NCBI GenBank assembly: GCA_964016885.1
Contig: OZ024741.1
Location: 5,332,001 to 5,396,000 of the forward strand
DNA from: Eledone cirrhosa
Taxonomy: Eukaryota
Direction of reading: 5' to 3'
DNA: 64,000 bases
Below the pieces are notes generated by a model. That model did no database searches. It was not told where the DNA came from and was given only the letters and a program-made list of their open reading frames with translations. Each line of letters begins with the position of its first letter. Positions within the stretch are counted from its first letter, which is position 1. The position numbers were made by a program, and so were the translations under genes. This document shows, piece after piece, positions 11,431 through 23,500 of the stretch.

Positions 11431-14400
11431 TTACAGTGGTCCACTTGAGGTCATTACAGTGGTCCACTTGAGGTGGTTATTACAGCGGTCCACTTGAGGT
11501 TATTAAAGTAGTCCAATTGAGGTTATTACAGTGGTCCACTTGAGGTTATTCCAGTGGTCCACTTGAGGAGGTTATTACAGTGGTCCACTTGAGGTTATTA
11601 CAGTGGTCCACTTGAGGTTATTACAGTGGTCCACTTGTAGGGGTTATTACAGTGGTGCACTTCAGGTTATTACAGTGGTCCACATGAGGATTTTATTACA
11701 GTGGTCCACTTGAGGTGGCTATTACAGTGGTCCACTTGAGGAGGTTATTACAGTGGTCTACTTGAGGTTATTACAGTGGTGAACTTGAGGTTATTACAGT
11801 GGTCCACTTGAGAAGGTTATTACAGTGGTCCACTTGAGGAGGTTATTACAATGGTCCACTTGGGGAGGTTATTACAGTGGTCCTCTTGAGGAGGCTATTA
11901 CAGTGGTCCACTTGAGGTTATTACAGTGGTCCACTTGAGGAGGTTATTACAGTGGTCCACTTGAGGAGGCTATTACAGTGGTCCACTTGAGGTTATTACA
12001 GTGGTCCACTCGAGGAGGTTATTACAGTGGTCCACTTGAGGAGGTTATTACAGTGGTCCACTTGACGTTAATACAGAGGTCCACTTGAGGAGGTTATTAC
12101 AGTGGTCCACTTGAGGTTATTACAGTGGTCCATTTGAGGAGGTTATTACAGTGGTCCACTTGAGGAGGTTATTACAGTGGTCCACTTGAGGTTATTACAG
12201 TGGTCCACTTGTAGAGGTTATTACAGTGGTGCACTTCAGGTTATTACAGTGGTCCACATGAGGATTTTATTACAGTGGTCCACTTGAGGTAGCTATTACA
12301 GTGGTCCACTTGAGGAGGTTATTACAGTGGTCCACTTTAGGTTATTACAGTGGTCCACCTGAGGTTATTACAGTGGTCCACTTGAGGAGGTTATTACAGT
12401 GGTCCACTTCAGGTTATTACAGTGGTGCACTTGAGGAGCCTATTACAGTGGTCCACTTGAGGTTATTAAAGTGGTCCACTTGAGGAGGTTATTACAGTGG
12501 TACATTTTAGGTGGCTATTACAGTGGTCCACTTGAGGAGGTTATTACAGTGGTCCACTTGAGGAGGTTATTACAGTGGTCCACTTGAGGAGGTTATTACA
12601 GTGGTCCACTTGAGGTTATTACAGTGGTCCACGTGAGGAGGCTATTACAGTGGTCCACTTGAGGTGGCTATTACAGTGGTCCACTTGACGAGGTTATTAC
12701 GGTGGTCCACTTGAGGAGGCTATTACAGTGGTCCACTTGAGGAGGCTATTACAGTGGTCCAATTGAGGAGGTTATTACAGTGGTCCACTTGAGGAGGCTA
12801 TTACAGTGGTCCACTTGAGGTTATTACAGTGGTCCACTTGAGGAGGTTAATACAGTGGTCCACTTGAGTTTATTACAGTGGTCCACTTGAGGAGGCTATT
12901 ACAGTGGTCCACTTGAGGAGGTTATTACAGTGGTCCACTTGAGGTTATTACAGTGGTCCACTTGTGGAGGCTATTACAGTGGTCCACTTGAGGTTATTAC
13001 AGTGGTCCACTTGAGGTTATTACAGTTGTCCACTTGATATTATTACAGTGGTCCACTTGAGGAGGCTATTACAGTGGTCCACTTGAGGTTATTACAGTGA
13101 TCCACTTGAGGAGGTTATTACAGTGGTCCACTTGAGGTTATTACAGTGATCCACTTGAGGTTATTACAGTGGTCCACTTGAGGAGGCTATTACAGTGGTC
13201 CACTTGAGGTTATTACAGTTGTCCACTTGAGGAAGCTATTACAGTGGTCCACTTGAGGTTATTACAGTGGTCCACTTGAGGAGGCTATTACAGTGGTCCA
13301 CTTGAGGTTATTACAGTGGTCCACTTCAGGTTATTACAGTGACCCACTTGAGGTTATTACAGTGGTCCACTTGAGGAGGCTATTACAGTGGTCCACTTGA
13401 GGTTATTACAGTTGTCCACTTGAGGAAGCTATTACAGTGGTCCACTTGAGGTTATTACAGTGGTCCACTTGAGGAGGCTATTACAGAGGTCCACTTGAGA
13501 TTATTACAGTGGTCCACTTGAGGAGGTTATTACAGTGGTCCACTTAAGGAGGTTATTACAGTGGTCCACTTGAGGAGACTATTACAGTGGTTCACTTGAG
13601 GAGGTTATTACAGTGGTCCACTTGAGGAGGTTATTACAGTGGTCCACTTGAGGTTATTACAGTGGTCCAATTGAGGAGGTTATTACAGTGGTCCACTTGA
13701 GGAGGCTATTACAGTGGTCCACTTGAGGAGGTTATTACAGTGGTCCACTTGAGCTCATTACAGTGGTCCACTTGAGGAGGTTATTACAGTGGTCCACTTG
13801 AGGAGGTTATTACAGTGGTCCACTTGTGGTTATTACAGTGGTCCACTTGAGGAGGTTATTACAGTGGTCCACTTGAGGTTATTACAGTTGTCAACTTGAG
13901 GTTATTACAGTGGTCCACTTGAGGAGGCTATTACAGTGGTCCACTTGAGGTTATTACAGTGATCAACTTGAGGAGGTTATTACAGTGGTCCACTTGAGGT
14001 TATTACAGTGGTCCACTTGAGGTTATTACAGTGGTCCACTTGAGGAGGCTATTACAGTGGTCCACTTGAGGTTATTACAGTTGTCCACTTGAGGAAGCTA
14101 TTACAGTGGTCCACTTGAGGTTATTACAGTGGTCCACTTGAGGAAGCTATTACAGTGGTCCACTTGAGGTTATTACAGTGGTTCACTTGAGGAGGCTATT
14201 ACAGTGGTCCACTTGAGGAGGTTATTACAGTGGTCCACTTGAGGTTATTACAGTGGTCCATTTGTAGAGGTTATTACAGTGGTGCACTTCAGGTTATTAC
14301 AGTGGTCCACATGAGGATTTTATTACAGTGGTCCACTTGAGGTAGCTATTACAGTGGTCCACTTGAGGAGGTTATTACAGTGGTCCACTTTAGGTTATTA

Positions 14401-17400
14401 CAGTGGTCCACCTGAGGTTATTACAGTGGTCCACTTGAGGAGGTTATTACAGTGGTCCACTTCAGGTTATTACAGTGGTGCACTTGAGGAGCCTATTACA
14501 GTGGTCCACTTGAGGTTATTAAAGTGGTCCACTTGAGGAGGTTATTACAGTGGTACATTTTAGGTGGCTATTACAGTGGTCCACTTGAGGAGGTTATTAC
14601 AGTGGTCCACTTGAGGAGGTTATTACAGTGGTCCACTTGAGGTTATTACAGTGGTCCACGTGAGGAGGCTATTACAGTGGTCCACTTGAGGTGGCTATTA
14701 CAGTGGTCCACTTGACGAGGTTATTACGGTGGTCCACTTGAGGAGGCTATTACAGTGGTCCACTTGAGGAGGCTATTACAGAGGTCCACTTGAGGTGGCT
14801 ATTACAGTGGTCCACTTGAGGTTATTACAGTAGTCCACTTGAGGAGGTTATTACAGTGGTCCACTTGAGGTTATTACAGTGGTCCACGTGAGGAGGCTAT
14901 TACAGTGGTCCACTTGAGGAGGCTATTACAGTGGTCCACTTGAGGAGGCTATTACAGTGGTCCACTTGAGGTTATTACAGTGGTCCACTTGAGTAGGCTA
15001 TTACAGAGGTCCACTTGAGGTTATTACAGTGGTCCACTTGAGGTTATTACAGTGGTCTTCTTGATGTTATTACAGTGGTCCACTTGAAGTTATTACAGTG
15101 GTCCACTTGAGGAGGCTATTACAGAGGTCCACTTGAGATTATTACAGTGGTCCACTTGAGGAGGTTATTACAGTGGTCCACTTAAGGAGGTTATTACAGT
15201 GGTCCACTTGAGGAGACTATTACAGTGGTTCACATAAGGAGGTTATTACAGTGGTCCACTTGAGGAGGTTATTACAGTGGTCCACTTGAGGTTATTACAG
15301 TGGTCCAATTGAGGAGGTTATTACAGTGGTCCACTTGAGGAGGCTATTACAGTGGTCCACTTGAGGAGGTTATTACAGTGGTCCACTTGAGCTCATTACA
15401 GTGGTCCACTTGAGGAGGTTATTACAGTGGTCCACTTGAGGAGGTTATTACAGTGGTCCACTTGTGGTTATTACAGTGGTCCACTTGAGGAGGCTATTAC
15501 AGTGGTCCATTTGAGGTTATTACAGTGGTCCACTTGAGGAGGTTATTACAGTGGTCCACTTGAGGTTATTACAGTGGTCCACTTGAGGTTATTACAGTTG
15601 TCCACTTGAGGTTATTACAGTGGTCCACTTGAGGAGGCTATTACAGTGGTCCACTTGAGGTTATTACAGTGATCCACTTGAGGAGGTTATTACAGTGGTC
15701 CACTTGAGGTTATTACAGTGGTCCACTTGAGGTTATTACAGTGGTCCACTTGAGGAGGCTATTACAGTGGTCCACTTGAGGTTATTACAGTTGTCCACTT
15801 GAGGAAGCTATTACAGTGGTCCACTTGAGGTTATTACAGTGGTCCACTTGAGGAGGCTATTACAGTGGTCCACTTGAGGTTATTACAGTGGTCCACTTGA
15901 GGTTATTACAGTGGTCCACTTGAGGAGGCTATTACAGTGGTCCACTTGATGTTATTACAGTGGTCCACTTGTGGAGGTTATTACAGTGGTCCACTTGGGT
16001 TATTACAGTGGTCGACTTGAGGTTATTACAGTGGTCCACTTGAGGGGGCTATTACAGTGGTCCACTTGAGAAGGTTATTACAGTGGTCCATTTGAGGTTA
16101 TTACAGTGGTCCACTTGAGGAGTTTATTACAGTGGTCCACTTGAGAAGGTTATTACAGTGGTCCACTTGAGGAGGTTATTACAGTGGTCCACTTGATGTT
16201 ATTACAGTGGTCCACTTGAGGAGGCTATTACAGTGGTCCACTTGAGGAGGTTATTACAGTGGTCCACTTGAGGAGGCTATTACAGTGGTCTACTTGAGGT
16301 TATTACAGTGGTCCACTTGAGGGGGTTATTACAGTGGTCCACTTGAGGTTATTACAGTGGTCCACTTGAGGAGGTTATTACAGTGGTCCAATTGAGGAGG
16401 TTATTACAGTGGTCCACTTGAGGTTATTACAGTGGACCAATTGAGGAGGTTATTACAGTGGTCCGCTTGAGGAGGTTATTACAGTGGTCCACTTGAGGTT
16501 ATTACAGTGGTCCACTTGAGGAGGTTATTACAGTGCTCCACTTGAGGTTATTACAGTGGTCCACTTGAGGAGGTTATTACAGTGGTCCGTTTGAGGAGGT
16601 TATTACAGTGGTCCACTTGAGGTTATTACAGTGGTCCACTTGAGGAGGTTATTACAGTGGTCCAATTGAGGAGGTTATTACAGTGGTCCACTTGAGGAGG
16701 TTATTACAGTGGTCCACTTGAGGAGGTTATTACAGAGGTCCAATTGAGGAGGTTATTACAGTGGTCCACTTGAGGAGGTTATTACAGTGGTCCAGTTGAG
16801 GTTATTACAGTGGTACACTAGAGGAGGTTATTACAGTGGTCCACTTGAGGTTATTACAGTGGTCCACTTGAGGAGGTTATTACAGTGGTCCACTTGAGGT
16901 TATTACAGTGGTCCACTTGAGGAGGCTATTACAGTGGTCCACTTGAGGTTATTACAGTGGTCCACTTGAGGAGGTTATTACAGTGGTCCACTTGAGGTTA
17001 TTACAGTGGTCCACTTGAGGAGGTTATTACAGTGGTCCAATTGAGGAGGTTATTACAGTGGTCCACTTGAGGTTATTACAGTGGGCCACTAGAGGAGGTT
17101 ATTACAGTGGTCCACTTGAGGTCATTACAGTGGTCCACTTGAGGAGGCTATTACAGTGGTCCACTTGAGGAGGTTATTACAGTGGTCCACTTGAGGAGGT
17201 TATTACAGTAGTCCACTTGAGGTGGTTATTACAGTGGTCCACTTGAGGTGGTTATTACAGTGGTCCACTTGAGGAGGCTATTACAGTGGTCCACTTGAGG
17301 AGGTTATTACAGTGGTCCACTTGAGGTTATTACAGTGGTCCACTTGAGGTTATTATAGTGGTTCACTTGAGGAGGCTATTACAGTGGTCCACTTGAGGTT

Positions 17401-20400
17401 ATTACAGTGGTCCACTTGAGGAGGCTATTAAAGTGGTCCACTTGAGGTTATTACAGTGATCCACTTGAGGAGGCTATTACAGTGGTCCACTTGAGGTTAT
17501 TTCAGTGATCCACTTGAGGAGGTTATTACAGTGGTCCACTTGAGGTTATTACAGTGGTCCACTTGAGGTTATTACAGTGGTCCACTTGAGGTTATTACAG
17601 TGGTCCACTTGAGGGGGCTATTACAGTGGTCCACTTGAGAAGGTTATTACAGTGGTCAAGTTGAGGTTATTACAGTGGTCCCCTTGAGGAGGCTATTACA
17701 GTGGTCCACTTGAGGAGGTTATTACAGTGGTCCACTTGAGAAGGCTATTACAGTGGTCCACTTGAGAAGGTTATTACAGTGGTCCACTTGAGGTTATTAC
17801 AGTGGACCATTTGAGGAGGTTATTACAGTGCTCCACTTGAGGAGGTTATTACAGTGGTCCACTTGAGGAGGTTATTACAGTGGTCCACTTGAGGAGGTTA
17901 TTACAGTGGTCCACTTGAGGAGGTTATTACAGTGGTCCACTTGAGGAGGTTATTACAGTGGTCCACTTGAGGTTATTACAGTGATCCACTTGAGGTTATT
18001 ACAGTGGTCCACTTGAGGAGGCTATTACAGTGGTCCACTTGAGGTTATTACAGTTGTCCACTTGAGGAAGCTATTACAGTGGTCCACTTGAGGTTATTAC
18101 AGTGGTCCACTTGAGGAGGCTATTACAGAGGTCCACTTGAGATTATTACAGTGGTCCACTTGAGGAGGTTATTACAGTGGTCCACTTAAGGAGGTTATTA
18201 CAGTGGTCCACTTGAGGAGACTATTACAGTGGTTCACTTGAGGAGGTTATTACAGTGGTCCACTTGAGGAGGTTATTACAGTGGTCCACTTGAGGTTATT
18301 ACAGTGGTCCAATTGAGGAGGTTATTACAGTGGTCCACTTGAGGAGGCTATTACAGTGGTCCACTTGAGGAGGTTATTACAGTGGTCCACTTGAGCTCAT
18401 TACAGTGGTCCACTTGAGGAGGTTATTACAGTGGTCCACTTGAGGAGGTTATTACAGTGGTCCACTTGTGGTTATTACAGTGGTCCACCTGAGGAGGCTA
18501 TTACAGTGGTCCATTTGAGGTTATTTCAGTGGTCCACTTGAGAAGGTTATTACAGTGGTCCACTTGAGGTTATTACAGTGGTCCACTTGAGGTTATTACA
18601 GTTGTCCACTTGAGGTTATTACAGTGGTCCACTTGAGGAGGCTATTACAGTGGTCCACTTGAGGTTATTACAGTGATCCACTTGAGGAGGTTATTACAGT
18701 GGTCCACTTGAGGTTATTACAGTGGTCCACTTGAGGTTATTACAGTTGTCCACTTGAGGAAGCTATTACAGTGGTCCACTTGAGGTTATTACAGTGGTCC
18801 ACTTGAGGAAGCTATTACAGTGGTCCACTTGAGGTTATTACAGTGGTCCACTTGAGGAGGCTATTACAGTGGTCCACTTGAGGAGGTTATTACAGTGGTC
18901 CACTTGAGGTTATTACAGTGGTCCATTTGTAGAGGTTATTACAGTGGTGCACTTCAGGTTATTACAGTGGTCCACATGAGGATTTTATTACAGTGGTCCA
19001 CTTGAGGTAGCTATTACAGTGGTCCACTTGAGGAGGTTATTACAGTGGTCCACTTTAAGTTATTACAGTGGTCCACCTGAGGTTATTACAGTGGTCCACT
19101 TGAGGAGGTTATTACAGTGGTCCACTTCAGGTTATTACAGTGGTGCACTTGAGGAGCCTATTACAGTGGTCCACTTGAGGTTATTAAAGTGGTCCACTTG
19201 AGGAGGTTATTACAGTGGTACATTTTAGGTGGCTATTACAGTGGTCCACTTTAGGAGGTTATTACAGTGGTCCACTTGAGGAGGTTATTACAGTGGTCCA
19301 CTTGAGGTTATTACAGTGGTCCGCGTGAGGAGGCTATTACAGTGGTCCACTTGAGGTGGCTATTACAGTGGTCCACTTGACGAGGTTATTACGGTGGTCC
19401 ACTTGAGGAGGCTATTACAGTGGTCCACTTGAGTAGGCTATTACAGAGGTCCACTTGAGGTGGCTATTACAGTGGTCCACTTGAGGTTATTACAGTGGTC
19501 CACTTGAGGAGGTTATTACAGTGGTCCACTTGAGGTTATTACAGTGGTCCACGTGAGGAGGCTATTACAGTGGTCCACTTGAGGAGGCTATTACAGTGGT
19601 CCACTTGAGGAGGCTATTACAGTGGTCCACTTGAGGTTATTACAGTGGTCCACTTGAGTAGGCTATTACAGAGGTCCACTTGAGGTTATTACAGTGGTCC
19701 ACTTGAGGTTATTACAGTGGTCTTCTTGATGTTATTACAGTGGTCCACTTGAAGTTATTACAGTGGTCCACTTGAGGAGGCTATTACAGAGGTCCACTTG
19801 AGATTATTACAGTGGTCCACTTGAGGAGGTTATTACAGTGGTCCACTTAAGGAGGTTATTACAGTGGTCCACTTGAGGAGACTATTACAGTGGTTCACTT
19901 GAGGAGGTTATTACAGTGGTCCACTTGAGGAGGTTATTACAGTGGTCCACTTGAGGTTATTACAGTGGTCCAATTGAGGAGGTTATTACAGTGGTCCACT
20001 TGAGGAGGCTATTACAGTGGTCCACTTGAGGAGGTTATTACAGTGGTCCACTTGAGCTCATTACAGTGGTCCACTTGAGGAGGTTATTACAGTGGTCCAC
20101 TTGAGGAGGTTATTACAGTGGTCCACTTGTGGTTATTACAGTGGTCCACTTGAGGAGGCTATTACAGTGGTCCATTTGAGGTTATTACAGTGGTCCACTT
20201 GAGGAGGTTATTACAGTGGTCCACTTGAGGTTATTACAGTGGTCCACTTGAGGTTATTACAGTTGTCCACTTGAGGTTATAACAGTGGTCCACTTGAGGA
20301 GGCTATTACAGTGGTCCACTTGAGGTTATTACAGTGATCCACTTGAGGAGGTTATTACAGTGGTCCACTTGAGGTTATTACAGTGGTCCACTTGAGGTTA

Positions 20401-20514
20401 TTACAGTGGTCCACTTGAGGAGGCTATTACAGTGGTCCACTTGAGGTTATTACAGTTGTCCACTTGAGGAAGCTATTACAGTGGTCCACTTGAGGTTATT
20501 ACAGTGGTCCACTT

Positions 20515-23500
20515 GAGGAGGCTATTACAGTGGTCCACTTGAGGTTATTACAGTGGTCCACTTGAGGTTATTACAGTGGTCCACTTGAGGAGGCTATTAC
20601 AGTGGTCCACTTGATGTTATTACAGTGGTCCACTTGTGGAGGTTATTACAGTGGTCCACTTGAGGTTATTACAGTGGTCGACTTGAGGTTATTACAGTGG
20701 TCCACTTGAGGGGGCGAGGGGGCTATTACAGTGGTCCACTTGAGAAGGTTATTACAGTGGTCCACTTGAGGTTATTACAGTGGTCCACTTGAGGAGATTA
20801 TTACAGTGGTCCACTTGAGGGGTTATTACAGTGGTCCACTTGAGAAGGTTATTACAGTGGTCCACTTGAGGAGGTTATTACAGTGGTCCACTTGATGTTA
20901 TTACAGTGGTCCACTTGAGGAGGCTATTACAGTGGTCCACTTGAGGAGGTTATTACAGTGGTCCACTTGAGGAGGCTATTACAGTGGTCTACTTGAGGTT
21001 ATTACAGTGGTCCACTTGAGGGGGTTATTACAGTGGTCCACTTGAGGTTATTACAGTGGTCCAATTGAGGAGGTTATTACAGTGGTCCACTTGAGGTTAT
21101 TACAGTGGACCAATTGAGGAGGTTATTACAGTGGTCCGCTTGAGGAGGTTATTACAGTGGTCCGTTTGAGGAGGTTATTACAGTGGTCCACTTGAGGTTA
21201 TTACAGTGGTCCACTTGAGGAGGTTATTACAGTGGTCCAATTGAGGAGGTTATTACAGTGGTCCACTTGAGGTTATTACAGTGGTCCACTTGAGGAGGTT
21301 ATTACAGTGGTCCGTTTGAGGAGGTTATTACAGTGGTCCACTTGAGGAGGTTATTACAGTGGTCCAATTGAGGAGGTTATTACAGTGGTCCACTTGAGGA
21401 GGTTATTACAGTGGTCCACTTGAGGAGGTTATTACAGAGGTCCAATTGAGGAGGTTATTACAGTGGTCCACTTGAGGAGGTTATTCCATGGTCCAGTTGA
21501 GGTTATTACAGTGGTACACTAGAGGAGGTTATTACAGTGGTCCACTTGAGGTTATTACAGTGGTCCACTTGAGGAGGTTATTACAGTGGTCCACTTGAGG
21601 TTATTACAGTGGTCCACTTGAGGAGGCTATTACAGTGGTCCACTTGAGGTTATTACAGTGGTCCACTTGAGGAGGTTATTACAGTGGTCCACTTGAGGTT
21701 ATTACAGTGGTCCACTTGAGGAGGTTATTACAGTGGTCCAATTGAGGAGGTTATTACAGTGGTCCACTTGAGGTTATTACAGTGGGCCACTAGAGGAGGT
21801 TATTACAGTGGTCCACTTGAGGTTATTACAGTGGTCCACTTGAGGAGGCTATTACAGTGGTCCACTTGAGGAGGTTATTACAGTGGTCCACTTGAGGAGG
21901 TTATTACAGTAGTCCACTTGAGGTGGTTATTACAGTGGTCCACTTGAGGTGGTTATTACAGTGGTCCACTTGAGGAGGTTATTACAGTGGTCCACTTGAG
22001 GAGGTTATTACAGTGGTCCACTTGAGGTTATTACAGTGGTCCACTTGAGGTTATTATAGTGGTTCACTTGAGGAGGCTATTACAGTGGTCCACTTGAGGT
22101 TATTACAGTGGTCCACTTGAGGAGGCTATTAAAGTGGTCCACTTGAGGTTATTACAGTGATCCACTTGAGGAGGCTATTACAGTGGTCCACTTGAGGTTA
22201 TTTCAGTGATCCACTTGAGGAGGTTATTACAGTGGTCCACTTGAGGTTATTACAGTGGTCCACTTGAGGTTATTACAGTGGTCCACTTGAGGGGGCTATT
22301 ACAGTGGTCCACTTGAGAAGGTTATTACAGTGGTCAAGTTGAGGTTATTACAGTGGTCCCCTTGAGGAGGCTATTACAGTGGTCCACTTGAGGAGGTTAT
22401 TACAGTGGTCCACTTGAGAAGGCTATTACAGTGGTCCACTTGAGAAGGTTATTACAGTGGTCCACTTGAGGTTATTACAGTGGACCATTTGAGGAGGTTA
22501 TTATAGTGCTCCACTTGAGGAGGTTATTACAGTGGTCCACTTGAGGAGGTTATTACAGTGGTCCACTTGAGGAGGTTATTACAGTGGTCCACTTGAGGAG
22601 GTTATTACAGTGGTCCACTTGAGGTGGCTATTACAGTGGTTCACTTGAGGTTATTACATTGGTCCAATTGAGGAGGTTATTACAGTGGTCCACTTGAGGT
22701 TATTACAGTGGTCCAATTGAGGAGGTTATTACAGTGGTCCACTTGAGGAGGCTATTACAGTGGTCCACTTGAGGTTATTACAGTGGTCCACTTGAGGAGG
22801 TTAATACAGTGGTCCACTTGAGTTTATTACAGTGGTCCACTTGAGGAGGCTATTACAGTGGTCCACTTGAGGAGGTTATTACAGTGGTCCACTTGAGGTT
22901 ATTACAGTGGTCCACTTGTGGAGGCTATTACAGTGGTCCACTTGAGGTTATTACAGTGGTCCACTTGAGGAGGTTATTACAGTGGTCCACTTGAGGTTAT
23001 TACAGTGGTCCACTTGAGGAGGCTATTACAGTGGTCCATTTGAGGTTATTACAGTGGTCCACTTGAGGAGGTTATTACAGTGGTCCACTTGAGGTTATTA
23101 CAGTGGTCCACTTGAGGTTATTACAGTTGTCCACTTGATGTTATTACAGTGGTCCACTTGAGGAGGCTATTACAGTGGTCCACTTGAGGTTATTACAGTG
23201 ATCCACTTGAGGAGGTTATTACAGTGGTCCACTTGAGGTTATTACAGTGATCCACTTGAGGTTATTACAGTGGTCCACTTGAGGAGGCTATTACAGTGGT
23301 CCACTTGAGGTTATTACAGTTGTCCACTTGAGGAAGCTATTACAGTGGTCCACTTGAGGTTATTACAGTGGTCCACTTGAGGAGGCTATTAGAGTGGTCC
23401 ACTTGAGGTTATTACAGTGGTCCACTTCAGGTTATTACAGTGGTCCACTTGAGGAGGCTATTACAGTGGTCCACTTGATGTTATTACAGTGGTCCACTTG

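Noticed and set aside
20708-20723. G-quadruplex potential from G-rich variants
   Set aside because: Only two long G-runs are adjacent and the consensus has only GG runs, so a stable canonical G4 is not supported.
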